NCBI GenBank assembly: GCA_038496445.1 | Contig: JALMLS010000354.1 | Span: forward strand, 310,001 to 374,000 | Length of the DNA stretch: 64,000 bases | Direction: 5' to 3' | Source: Trichosphaerium sp. ATCC 40318 | Lineage: Eukaryota > Protista > Tubulinea | Shown here: piece by piece, positions 24,597 through 37,082 of the stretch | Layout of the letters: every line of letters starts with the position of its first letter | Position numbering within the stretch: position 1 is the first letter of the stretch | Made by a program: the position numbers and the translations under genes | Notes under the pieces: generated by a model | Database searches by the model: none | Told to the model about the DNA's origin: nothing | Seen by the model: the letters and a program-made list of their open reading frames with translations, nothing else

Positions 24597-27500
24597 TTAC
24601 TCCTTCTTGGAGCTCTTTTCTTTTTTATCGTGTTTATCACTCTTATCACTCTTATCACTTCTACTTTCTTTTTTATCTTCCAGTTTTGGACTCCCTGTAC
24701 TCTTTTTAACAGGGTTACTTCCTTTTCTTGATAATAAAAATGAATTTCTTCGAGATGTTCTAGCGACCTTCATCCACCTTATTGCAGCTGATATATGTCT
24801 TTCCCATTTAGCTTCACTGCCTTCTTTCTCACCAACAAATATGCAAGACGTTTTTTTAGCTTTGAGTACCAGGACTTCTAAAAAAATGAGTGAGACTTCA
24901 AGTCATGATTTTTTCTTTTGAAAAATAAAACAAGATTTGAAAATAACGTACCAGCGACATCTCCACCGTATGGATTTTTCTTCAGTTCAATTATTGAAGA
25001 GCCACTTAAGGTTATAATACGTTTAAAGTTAAGCTTTATTTTAGATCCAAAAATCCTAAAAAAGGCGGAAAAGTCAACAACAAAAATCACGTGATTTGTA
25101 AAAAAAAAATTTTACAAAAAATCTGCGATTGTTAGAATAAATATTGCGATAATCAACTATGAAGTCTGATAGCGCTTGCTAAATTGCCACGTTTTTTTTA
25201 TGAAGAGAAAAATAAGATCTTGTTAGCGTACTGTTTTGTGCTTTTACTTTCAACAATCATATCATTAAAAAGATGCCATTCGAACTTTCTAAATTTTTTG
25301 TTTACAGCCACCAATACACTACCTAGTGACAGGTTAAACATGTTCGAATAGGTTTTAATAGTCAAACGTGTTTATGGAAAGAAATTTAAGTCGTACCTGA
25401 GTAGAGATATCTTCTATGTGGTTCACCCAAGTTAGGGCAGTCAGAAATAGCATATTCCACAGTCAATACTTGTTTTAAATTTTCTGCTTCACGTTTCTTT
25501 TCATTTACGTAGTTTGCTACATTACTCATTTTTTCAGTTGCCGCTTTAATAGCTACATGATCTGGATGGGATTCTGGTGTTTCTTCCAACAGTTTCTGAA
25601 GAAAAAAATTAGTTTAATTTGTCTTGGCAGCTTGCGTTGAAAAGCAGAAATTGTGGGCTTTGTGTACCTCTAGTAACATTAAATACCTCGGTAACCCTAC
25701 GGTGTATATAAGACATATTGTATAGAATATAATTTGGGGGAAATAAAAAATCACGTGCGTTGGATAGGAGCAATTAATAAATCAGATAAATAACGACCTT
25801 TAAGGTCTGCTGCGTATTGAACCTCTTGTCGCTCCAAATAGGCTCTGAACTTGGAATTGCGTTTTTTTATATCCATTAACGTAGTAATTCTAGCATTATA
25901 TCCATTTACATATCTAGTATACACTTTCAAGTGCTCTACCTACATACGGTGTCAGGATAGTAAAGAATATTCGAAGGTTAGTACAAAACCAGCATCGAGA
26001 AAAACATCGCCAATGTTCTGGCATACAGCCCACGTGTCTATTCGGGTCTATATTGTAATATTAGCTGAAATCGATTTAAAGGTCCTCAATACGCACCTTT
26101 AAATCGCCTTGAAGAATATTACTACACAAAGAAATATATTAGCGTACAACGAACCCAGCTCCAAAAAAAATTTGGAAATACCTGAAATTTTTAATGACCT
26201 CAAGATCTTCGAATAATACTCTAATATCGTCCTTATCTATCATAGGTTCTTCTTGAAGTTTTTTTAGATAACACTAAGGAATATATGTTAACAAAGAGAA
26301 TGGAGTAACAAAGATTGGGATACCTGAATGATAAGTTCAATGTCACTCTTGTATTGTTTCTCCGAATCGAAAATCTCATTCGCTATTCGGGTTCTTACGT
26401 CTATAAATGAAAGTCTCAGTACAATAATTTTTTTGAGTACAATTCCTAAAGGTTACGAACCGTAGTTTTCAAGTAACTGAGAATTTGAGATTTGTCGTTT
26501 AGGTGTTTTAGGAGATTCCTTCGAAGCCTTTAAATGTTTTCTTCTTTTTGGAGAAGACTTTTTGTTCGATTCTCCTGCCTTTGAGAAGTATCGCACCAAG
26601 CTACCAACAGGTTTTACTTCAGTCTTATCAACGCTTAAACCTTATCAAAAGACCTTAGATAAACGAATGATAGACAGAAAGCTCTAGGTACTTACTTTTT
26701 TCAACGCCATTTGTAAGAACTTCAACAATTATTTTTATATCCTTTGAGTTGTGGATACTATAAAAGGTTGTGAGTGAACGATTATTTCAAATTTTATATC
26801 ACGATTAGGTACTTCACATTCTAAAATACATACCCAGAGTTTATCACAATACTATTATAATGCTCACGCTTCAAACGGGCAAGACGGGAAAAAGTTATGT
26901 GCCACTTTTCACAGAAGCGCACGAAGTTTTTAACTTCTGTCTTGCCCAACTCTGTAGCTTTTAGTTCCGTTTCTAAAGCTTGTATTGTATCGTATAAACG
27001 TTGTCTTAAAAAAAAATAAGAAGGTATAAATAACCTTTTACGCAAACAAAAAAGAATACAAAAAAAACAAAAAAAAAAAAAAAGGAATACAAAAAAATCT
27101 CTTAATTATCACGTGCTTAGATGCAGTCCTTGTAGTAAGTCTATCCTCAGTTGGTACCCGATTATCCAATAATTCTTCTGCAGCAGAACCAACAGACGCC
27201 AAAGAATGACGACGTACTAGTTTACTCTCTGTTACATCAGGTCCCTCCACTTTAATCTGAGGAGTAGTAGTACTTTTGCCAAAGTCGTCAGACGCTACAT
27301 TGCGCAATAAATTAATACAAAGAAAACATGACGCTTGCTGCTATTAACAGTAAACAAAAACCCAAAAGGTGTTTTTTTAAAATTTCAGTCTTGTCGAAAT
27401 TTTTTGATGTTAGAAAAAGATAGGGGTATTTCTTACACTTTTTTTTACTTGTCTGTTTGATATGAGACTGCTCCATTAAGAATTTTAGTATTACTGGATC

Positions 27501-27789
27501 ATCATCTATTGAAGTAGATTCTGTGCTAACACGCTTTTTACGACGTGATAGAGTAACAGAGCGACCACGAGAGCGTCTGTAGGAGCTTTTACTGCTATGT
27601 TTTTTAGACTTAGCATCTGATACTTGTAAGCTACTTCTACTGCTTGACGCGCGTATATCAGGGTTGCTTCGAGACATATTAAGAGAATCAAGCACTGTAA
27701 TAAATCAAAATAATTTACAGCCTATCGCTTGGAGATAAAAAATCATATTGCCATATATCGTCAACGAGGTTCACGAGTACAGTAGCCAT
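24597..27789 (-). CDS. Dbl-family RhoGEF (DH-PH) with Ser/Lys-rich N- and C-terminal regions; 5' end uncertain
   Basis: Spliced DH motifs RTRIANEIFDSEKQY, HLKVYTRYVNGYN, LSDLLIAPIQRLPRYL and ETPESHPDH...NYVNEKKREAEN are followed by PH-like FEWHLFNDMIV...KWERHISAAI. Stop TAA at 24597. Confidence 0.88.
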
Positions 27790-28004
27790 TTCAATAGTCT
27801 ACACAAAGATCATGTTAAAGCCAAAGTTAGGAGCCTTTCTTTTTTTATCGAACAGTTAAAAAGATCAAATAAACCCCACGAAGTGTTTTAAGTTTAAAAA
27901 CTCAGCGTTTTAGACGGAGTAGTTAGTTTTATTTCTGTTTTGGCTTAGTGTACAAGAGATAAGGAGAGTAATAGGGAGGTTCGCTTCAGCGATTGCTGAT
28001 GTAA

Positions 28005-30276
28005 TTAATCGCCGGCTACTAATCGTTACGCGTGTTACTTTTTTTTCATTCGAGTATAATAATAAATAACGTACTTGCTTTAGTGCTATCCACATCATCG
28101 CCAACTAGCCTCCGTCGAGACTTTCGCTTCTTACTTCTCTAATTTTAGTGAGTCGCCCACAGCTAATTTATTTTATTTGTAGGAACCTTTTTTTGTTTTG
28201 CGGATTCCATCACATCATTAGATTTTGAGGTTTTGCCTTGAGAATTTCGGTTTTTGGTTCCTTTTTCTTCGTTAACAACGTCCTTTTTAGCAGCTTTTGA
28301 TTTACGTAAATCCGCCTTTGGTTGATCGGAAGATTCAGGACTTGGTTGGGTTTCTTCTTTTGCTTCGGCAGCTTCGCTTTCCTCTGGCTTAACACCATTA
28401 GCCTCTTTACTTGACTCTTCGTCTTTGGTTTCAGCCTGACAAATTGAGTAAACTAAAAACATAGGGAGCTATCGTACTGCACCACCGGATTCTCCCGACT
28501 CTGCCGAACCCTCATCTGTGTTTGTTTTAGAAGGTATTTTAGTCTCTATGGCCTCATCGTCAGCAGGTTCTTCCTCTTCACTTTCAGACTCGTTGAATCG
28601 TTTTATTTTGGATTTTTTCCAGTTGTAGTCCCAATCCTTGAGGATTGATTAGTGCCGTATAAAAAAAAATTAAGAAACTAACTTTAAATTGTTCTTGTTC
28701 TTCTTCAGAGAGGGGGTACTTGTGCTTCTTTGATTTAGGCTCAAACTGTTCATCCAAGTCATAACTTCCATCAACGTGAGCTCGTTTCTAAACCCTTGTG
28801 AGTAAGGTAGGGAAAAACGAAAGCGTAATAATTTAAAAACGAAGTAGAAGGTATCTTACTGGATCTGGTTTCCAAGGCGCTTCAGCGATTTTATTCTCCA
28901 ATGCAGACCAATCTAAATGCTTAAAACAAGCGTGCTTCTTTAGCTCTTTAAACCCAAACCGTCTAGCAGGATTCTTTTGCAACAACCCAACCAATACAGC
29001 TTTAAAATTTGGGTCAATATTCCGTGGATAAGAAGGATGAGTCTTTTGAACATTTGCCTTCAAATCTTCAAAGTTACTTCCTGAAAATGGCAAACGACCA
29101 CAATAAAGTTCGTATGCTAATACACCAAGACTCCACCAATCTGCACGCTCATCATATCGTTGACGGTTCATGACTTCAGGCGCCATATATGGTCGGGTAC
29201 CCGCAACACCCTTGATACCGTTCGGCGCGAGTTTTACTGATAAATTAAAGTCTGTCAAGTGACAGTTGCCGTCCGAGTCAAATAAGAGATTATCCGGTTT
29301 GATATCCCTATGCATGTATCCATTTTCGTGAAGGTAGTTGAGAGAGAGCGCTGTTTGTACGACGTAAAAGCAAGTTCGAGTTTTTGAAAATTTTTTATCA
29401 TGGCGATAGTGAAACCGCACGTCACCACCTTGCATTAGATCTACAACCATATAGAGGTCATACGGCGATTGTAGCGCAAATCTACAAAATAGAATTAGTA
29501 CAAAATACAGCACATTTAATCTCTTTTTGGTGGTTTTAGAAGAAAACAAAACATGTTATAACGTTTGTAGAGCGATTTGATGATTTGTTTCAAAAAGAGA
29601 AGTTGGCGTTAAACTAATTTAGAATTTTATCACAGTACCTCAAATTTACGATTAAAGGATAATTTATCTTTGTGAGTAGATACGTTTCGTTCAGTACATT
29701 CTTTACCATCTTTTGATTCATTATTTTCCGTTTTTCTAAGCACTTCATAGCGTATAACTTCTTTGTATCTCTTCGTTGTACGGCATGTACCTACAAAAAA
29801 ACGTTAATAAATAGTATATTGGTTTTTGTCAAAAAAAGCGAAAAAATCTGCGCTCAAATCGAGCTGAGGTTGCCAGCACTCAACTACCGACAGTGCGCTA
29901 TGCGAATTATAATGTTTAAAATGCTCCTGCGGGTATTACGGTATGCTGAGCAGCGATTGTTTGGAGACACTAAAAACATCTTTTGTTGGCTTTGCATGCT
30001 TCGTACCTTGCCAAATGCTCCTTTTCCAATAACCCGAAGGCGATCAAAATGGTCTAGGCCAACTACCGACGGATAAGCTTAAGGAGATTTAAAATGCTTT
30101 TTTTAATCAAATTCGCGGCTCGTAGGGTACTTTGGTGCTCACGCACAAACACGAACGGCAAGAAATTAAAAAAAAAGCTCTTCGTAACAAACAAACGCCA
30201 ATTCATTGTGTTATGTCATACTGTTAATAGGGTCTAAATTGAGGGGTTTTTTCTCTCCGCCTACTAGACAACCCAT
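28005..30276 (-). CDS. STK32: AGC Ser/Thr kinase of the STK32/YANK family with acidic/basic C-terminal extension
   Basis: MGC start (N-acylation-type), LDHFDRLRVIGKGAFGKV, YAMK, YMVVDLMQGGDVRFH, HRDIKPDN, the family-typical DFN instead of DFG, GTRPYMAPE and DWWSLGVLAYEL. Confidence 0.9.
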
Positions 30277-30732
30277 TTTGATGTTTCAATTCCCTCTTTG
30301 ACCGATTAATGAGTACGCATGGCTTCGTAGAGCGTTCGTAGCAACATAATAGTTCTTTCGAACAGCATTTGACCCCAAAAATCAAGCTGCAAAAAAAAAA
30401 GAGTAAAAGCAATATATTTACTTCCGTTAGCATTTTCGTATTGGTAACTATAGGGATAACTTCCGAACTGTACCAGTTACAATTTGTTTAACTTTCGCTG
30501 TTAAACGTACTTTTGCACGCAAGTGCAATGTCATGTAGTTGGTACGCAATTGGTAACGTGTATAACACGAGGACACAAATGGAAAGTACTCAAAGTATCT
30601 TTTAGGTCTACCTGGGACTCGTATTGAGCTAAAGGAAGTATTGCACAGTAACGCACTCTGAAATTGAGGTTTATTACTTTTTATGACAAGTTTACTTTTT
30701 TTCCGTCAAACGCCACTCCAGCACAACTGCCA

Positions 30733-32831
30733 ATGGCAGAGAAAACGTACTCACGCCTGTCATTAATTGTATTAACTATAACTACAGCCAGAGTGGTGGA
30801 AAAGGTCCACCTGATGTCTTGGAGGGGATAAACAGGCGATATGTGGCTGAAGGTACAAGCAAATGACGTTTTGCGGCTAATTTACCACAGAATGCGCTAG
30901 AATTGGTAGTATAGTACCGAATATTAACCCAGCAGGCGCTGATGTAAGCACTAAAATGCGCCAGAAATTATTGTACTCAGTACTTGTCTAGGCAGTACGC
31001 AGGCTCACAGAATACTGTACCGGGTACACAGATAACGTGAAGACTAAAGTTAATGGATTACACTCAACAATAAAGAAACTTGAACAAGCACTTGCTCAGC
31101 TGATAAACCGCACTTCTGATATTACCATTACGATGCGTACTGACCACGTACGCTTTTTATTTCATTAACATACCACAAATTAGCCAATTTACGCTTCAAT
31201 ACGCTCAAACGTAACCATAAATCTATAGCTAGCTCGTAAGATTCAAGCAGAAAGAACAATAGTTGGGAACTTGCCTTATTTTAAAGAACGGCTAACGTAC
31301 GGGAACTCTCTATAACATAGTTGAATTTGTAACGGCTTTAGAATGCCTCTTGGTTCTCATGTCTTTATGGAAATAGAACCAACCTACAATGACGTTGAAA
31401 TTAACGTAGATTGCCTAATAACACTCAGAAATTCTTGGTATACAGACAACCTACCTGTACAAGTAACATCAAAGAATGTTGTCGGTGTGTTGACGGTAGC
31501 GCATTGTTTTGGTGATAAAGGTTCGATTTTTTGGGGTTTTTTTTTGAAAAATCTATTTTTTACGCTGCTTGGTGTGGCTCGTTGCTTTGTAGTACATAGT
31601 ATTTATTTCTTACACATACATTAGAAGCGATAAAAGTATGTAATAAGTGGTTAACAGAGCACTGTGTTGCTAACAAGACTGAAATGGCATCCATTGTTAA
31701 AGTGCTTGAAAAAGATATTCAAACAAAAAGTTGGAGTAAAGCACTTGATAAGCAGAGGTAACGTTAAAAAATTTACTCAAAGGTGCATTACATGCTTAAT
31801 ATTATTAGTGAGTTTCTTCATATGGGTCTATGGGATGATGAGCTACAAGACTTGTTTTTCACAAACCTAAACTTGGAAACAATTTGCAATTTAGGAAAAA
31901 ATTACAAAGAACCAGAAGCGTACGCTTCCTGTTTACTCACTTATACATACATCTAAATTAATTTAATAGTATTGCTCTCATTCTCCAATGGGCTGCATTC
32001 GGTGGACATTTCGAATTCGTTAAGTTTGTGTACCCTAAAAGCAATGGAGACAAGAGAATTGCCACTGCTATCAAAAAAATATTACCAAAATATTGTAAAA
32101 AATTCTTGGACTCAACTAGCGAAGAATCCGATTCTATTGCATGGCAGATGGCTACTAAGAGTGTAGAAAGATATATAGGCATAAGAGACCAAACTAGAGC
32201 TATATGGGATCCACTAGAGTACACAGATGATGTAATGGCTGATAATCCAATACCACAACAAGTTCAACCTTTACCTCAGTTAACAGACTCAGATGTACTC
32301 TCTGGTTTTTTCTTTCTTCAATTGCTTACGCACTTCTAGGACGACGAAGATCTTCCTCCATTGATACAAAGTTCAGATGACGATGACGGTATGCCACCAC
32401 TCGTGGAGAGTTCAGATGATGAAGATGACATGCCACCTCTTGTTGAGAGCTCTGATGATGATTTACCTCCTCTTACTTATAGCTCGGATGAAGATGACGA
32501 TGACGAACCTCCACCACTTGTTTTTAGTTCAGATGACGATGACGATGGTCCACCTCCGTTGACCTATAGCTCAGATGAGGATGAAGATCAACCTCCTCCT
32601 CTAGTGTCTTCACCACCTGATAAGCCTCCTGGCGTTGAGTTGGTACCTGTACAACGCTCTAAGCGTTCTGGAAGGAGACGAAAACGAGCAAAGAAGGATC
32701 CACCAAAGGTGAATAGACGTGAACATAGAGATCATAAAGATAAAGATAAAGACCATAGGGATCGAAGAGGTGGCGGTGGTGGTACTGGTGGTACTTCCAG
32801 TTCGTCTCCTGGGTTAATGGACCTAGACTAA
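30733..32831 (+). CDS. BTB/POZ-like protein with C-terminal acidic PPL tandem repeats, basic NLS-like patch and MDLD terminus
   Basis: Spliced DCLITLRNSWYTDNL...VTSKNVVGVLTVAHCFGDKEAIKVCNKWLTEH resembles the C-terminal half of a BTB domain. The last exon ends PGLMDLD-stop. Confidence 0.6.
32340..32610 (+). repeat. Coding tandem repeat, ~7 units of D-rich [LMEGQP]PPL-x-x-SSD
   Basis: DLPPLIQSSD, GMPPLVESSD, DMPPLVESSD, DLPPLTYSSD, EPPPLVFSSD, GPPPLTYSSD and QPPPLVSS are read directly from the translation. Confidence 0.95.
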
Positions 32832-33078
32832 ATGCTGTACATAGTCGCCTTAAAATGCGATAGAAAAAAAAGAAAAAGAAAACAAACTGAATAAAAATGT
32901 CACTGTTAAAGACACTCACGTGACACATTGCATTCTATGCAACAACACATATTATAGTACTTTGGTTATTGATAGAATTGGCTTCACGGACAACAGTGTC
33001 GTTGAAAAAAGAAGCGATGAGTCATCTTTGACCGTTTCTTATTTGAAAAGAATTCTTTGTTTTTGTTCCATTACAACA

Positions 33079-35992
33079 ATGCAACAGTTGCTCAAACTCT
33101 TACCGTATAACGGCGAAGTAGATATGGAAAGCTTAATAAAGGTTGTTAAAGCAAACCAGTTAGTTACAATTCGCAGGGTACCTATATAGCGGCTAATTTA
33201 CCTATGTACAGTTTCAAAGCGGTTGAAATGTATCGGAGGACATATTATTAACGCTGTTAATAGATTTATAATAAACTGCAAGGAAACATGTTTACGGTAC
33301 GCCATTATGCGTATTTATTGTATAACAGGCGTTTAGATGCGAGATAAAGACGGTAATTCGTTATTGCATTACTCAGTGCGCTTTGGTACTATTGAATGCA
33401 CTAAACTATTGCTTTCATTTGGTGCACCCCCTAGAACAGCCAACCACAACATGGTAATATATTCAAGTATTTTTCTGACACAAACAAAAAAAAACAGAAG
33501 AACTTGATTTCAGGAGATCCTAGAAGGAATCTCTGGAGAACCTTTTTTTTAACGGCTTTTTCTGGCTTTCAAAAAAAAATTATTGATTTATTTGTGCCTT
33601 TAGGAAATTCCTCTTGTAATTGCTATCGGCGAGAAAAAGTATGAGCACCAAATTGCTTTGCTTGAGTACAAAACATCCGATCAAATATTATCCAATAATA
33701 AAATAGGAAAGAACCCAATACACTTGGTGCGTGATCTAACTGTCTTGAAGTATTGCTACCCTATAATTGTCATGAACACGTGATTTTTCTAATGCGTCAT
33801 GTGATATAATTGATTGACACCTTTAAATGAATAGGCCTTGGATGAGTATGATGACAATCCAAAGTGTTTTGATATTTTATTCCCTAAATATAACGATTAC
33901 GAATTGACTAATGCAGTACGTTTTTTCCACTGATATTGGCGTAAATTTTATCTAATACCAATAAGCCGACTGTTCATGGAGCGCCTTTGGTATACGCAGT
34001 GAGAGAAGTTCAGGTAATCTCGTTTGTTATCGCAATACAATTGTCTGACATTTTTTCTTCAAAAAAAGTCTGAGAAGCCACTTGCAGCAATACTAGATCG
34101 TAAGGATATTAAAATTTTGTGTGCATCTAAGAAAGGTATTCCAAGGAGTGTATCTAATGACTCTAACGTATGACAGGTATAACGGGTATTCACTGGGCTT
34201 GTAAATTGAACAAAATTGAACATGTTCGTTTGTTTATTAACAAAAAATGTAGCGTGAATGTTACAACACATACAGGTTTGTAACTTTTGATTAATTTACT
34301 TCTATTGCTTACTATTAATACCAAGGTATGACTCCGTTACATTATGCTTGTAAACAAGTCAGCATCGATATCACAAAGTTACTATTTACTCTTCAAGAAA
34401 AACCAATTGTAACTTCGAGGTACAGAGATAACCTTTGTTCTTGAGGATACCACTCTAATTGTTTGAAGGAATATTCACGGTGATACACCTTTACACTGTC
34501 TCTTGAATGCAATAAAGACTATTAAGGGTGATTCGAGCGATACAGTTAACATAGATGATGTATCGAATATCATCAAGATCATGGTTGGTCATAACAAACC
34601 TGAGAGCTTCTTCTTCGAAGAAAATGATAATGGCGTTTCACCTTATTCTATGAACCCAGAACTTCTCTCTAAATTCACTAAACAAACAGAATCAACTCCA
34701 GAAACACTTTTAGGTGATGAATTCAGACTACAGGTTTGCTCAGGTACCGTTTTATTTCACGTGAAGATTTTACTAATCGTTTAACAAATAGATCTTCACA
34801 TTGAGTTTGGTCATGATGTTAAAACACTTCTCACTCCAAAAGCAAAGTATTTAGCACTCATAGGAGAGTAAGTTATTTAAGATATCTTCTTCTGATTGGT
34901 AGGTTTGTACTAATGAATGTTATAGTATTGGTGTGCTTCATAAAGAGGATGCTTATAAATCGTTTCTGTTGCAATGTGCAGATCAGTTTGAAAAAGTGTT
35001 TGTTGTTTCTGGTAACCACGAATACTATAGGTCAGAATATCACGCCTGTAATAAGAAAATTAAAGATATTTGTGATCAGCACGAATCTCTTTTCTATCTT
35101 CTCAAAGGGTACTACCACATTGCCTTGTCTTTTTTTTTTTTACACAGGTTGACATTTTGATGTGCTAATAAGTTTATAGGAGTCATTATCTTGAGAAAGA
35201 GAATGTTCGTGTTATTGGCACCACATTGTGGTCAAAAGTTCCAGAAGAGAATACAAAAGCAGTACAGGTACGTCACCAAAAAAAAAGGAACTTAACGCAA
35301 TATTTTGGGTATTTTTTGACTCATTGTAATTGTAATTTGTTTAGACGTTCTTGAACGATTACAGGAGAATCTCAATCAAAGGTAGGACATACAACCACTT
35401 CAATATCTGTTGGAATTTCTCGTTACTTACTGTAATAGATCCTGATGATCCAGAGGCTAAAGAGAGGATGATATTGTGCAAAGACACCAATGCTTGGTTT
35501 GATAGTGAACTTGAGTTTGTAAAGAACCAAATTAAGGAAGCAAGTACCCTCAAACAACGGGTTGTTATCCTAACTCATCACTCACCTGTTTTGGGTTTTG
35601 GTTGCTCTAACCCAGAGTACTGGGGTCAAAACACAAACTGTGCATTTGCAACAGATTTAAGGCACGTGCTGCCAAGCAGTTGGTTTTGCTAGATACAAAA
35701 TCTGTTGTTGCTAAAGTTGAAGTACTAGGCATATGTTTGAGGAGCCTGTAAAATCTTGGTGTTATGGACATACACACTGGTTTCATGACATGACTTTCAA
35801 TGGTAAGACTAATTTTTTTCAGAAAAAAGGAACCTAAAGAAGAAAAAACGAGCAGACTTTTTATTCTCTTGTTTTGTTTACATTATTATTTTAGGTGTTC
35901 GTGTCATTTCAAATCCACGTGGTTACTACGAAAATAAGGCATATATACCATCAAAGATATTGATTGTGAGTGATGGTAAATCCCAAGAGTAG
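33079..35992 (+). CDS. Ankyrin-repeat + calcineurin-like metallophosphoesterase fusion protein (N-terminal exon structure uncertain)
   Basis: Ankyrin motifs DKDGNSLLHYSV, GKNPIHLAL, GMTPLHYAC and HGDTPLHCL are in frame with metallophosphoesterase motifs SDLH, GD, GNHEYY, IGTTLW, THH, GHTH and SNPRGY. Stop TAG at 35990-35992. Confidence 0.85.
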
Positions 35993-36398
35993 AAAATAAA
36001 AACGGAAATAAACATAAATAACACTCTATTGTCAACTTGGATTGAGTTCCTATTCCTAGTTTCCTACAGTATGAATACCTCTTAATTGGCATGATCCATG
36101 TAAGGAAGTCGCACTTCAGTGACACTTATAACTTGGTCAAGTCATCAAGACCAGAACCGGGTCAACAATTAACTTGTAACTCTAAGTAAATGTTAATAAA
36201 TAGAACTTGAACCTTAAACAAGAGTTACAACGTTTTGTATCTACAATCAGTAAATAATAATACTGGTCAGGTGTATACCTATTTGCAATCACTCACAATA
36301 TTAATCTCGACTAGTCGCTGAGCACAAAAAGAAAACAAAAAAAAATAGGTTTGAATTGTCTAGACTGTTCTTATTTGTGAGTTCACGTCACCTCAACA

Positions 36399-37082
36399 AT
36401 GGCTGAAAAACAAGGTGATCCGGTTTTTGATAAATATTCTTACGAACCAAAGCATTGCCTACTTAAACGAGACAGTGTAAAGTGTATTAAACCAGAAAAT
36501 AGAAAATATACTAACAACTCAGTAAACAGTTCTGTTTACTGCTCTATGCTTCTTCGTTATAAAATAACAGACTACATAATACCAGAAGAACTCATTCAAA
36601 TGATAGTATCATTCATACTTGTACGTACAAGTCCAACACTTAACCTAATATACGTACATTACAACTACGAATTCAGATTCACGTGCCCGAAAACAGTGAC
36701 AACTCTTGACCTTGCCAGAAGGTTTAAACAATGCCGTATACGTGCTACCATGCCCACAGATTCATTCCTTGTTGCAGTAAAACTACGACACGATGGTTAT
36801 AAACTAGAGCTTCTTCAAATGGGCGGGAGGATAAATGGTGGATTAAACAGCAACAATTATTATGCTGATTGGACTGTTGGTCCTCTTTCAGAAGACGAAG
36901 TTGAATGGCTCAATAATAGAACCCTTGAAGAGGCAGGATTAGAAGATGGCGATTATATTAGTGGCGACTATGTATATAAAATGGATGAACTGATGAGAGG
37001 GGTACCTGTTTCCTATGAGAGGAACTCTAGCCATTGCGAAAATGTTGGAGATTTAATGGCACGTGGTTGCTACAGAGAGTGA
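36399..37082 (+). CDS. Intronless 227-aa protein with an F-box-like motif and a ubiquitin-like C-terminal signature
   Basis: Uninterrupted ORF containing IIPEELIQMIVSFI (F-box-like) and RTLEEAGLEDGDYI (Ubl-like). Confidence 0.65.
   Translation: MAEKQGDPVFDKYSYEPKHCLLKRDSVKCIKPENRKYTNNSVNSSVYCSMLLRYKITDYIIPEELIQMIVSFILVRTSPTLNLIYVHYNYEFRFTCPKTVTTLDLARRFKQCRIRATMPTDSFLVAVKLRHDGYKLELLQMGGRINGGLNSNNYYADWTVGPLSEDEVEWLNNRTLEEAGLEDGDYISGDYVYKMDELMRGVPVSYERNSSHCENVGDLMARGCYRE

Noticed and set aside
31211-31228. Apparent 18-nt micro-intron or in-frame TAG in the BTB-like gene
   Set aside because: A single ~80-nt intron from 31148 to this AG keeps the frame without invoking anything unusual.
36174-36230. 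10-bp inverted repeat TTGTAACTCT/AGAGTTACAA as a MITE
   Set aside because: Short, AT-rich, no target-site duplication or second copy visible; compatible with chance.
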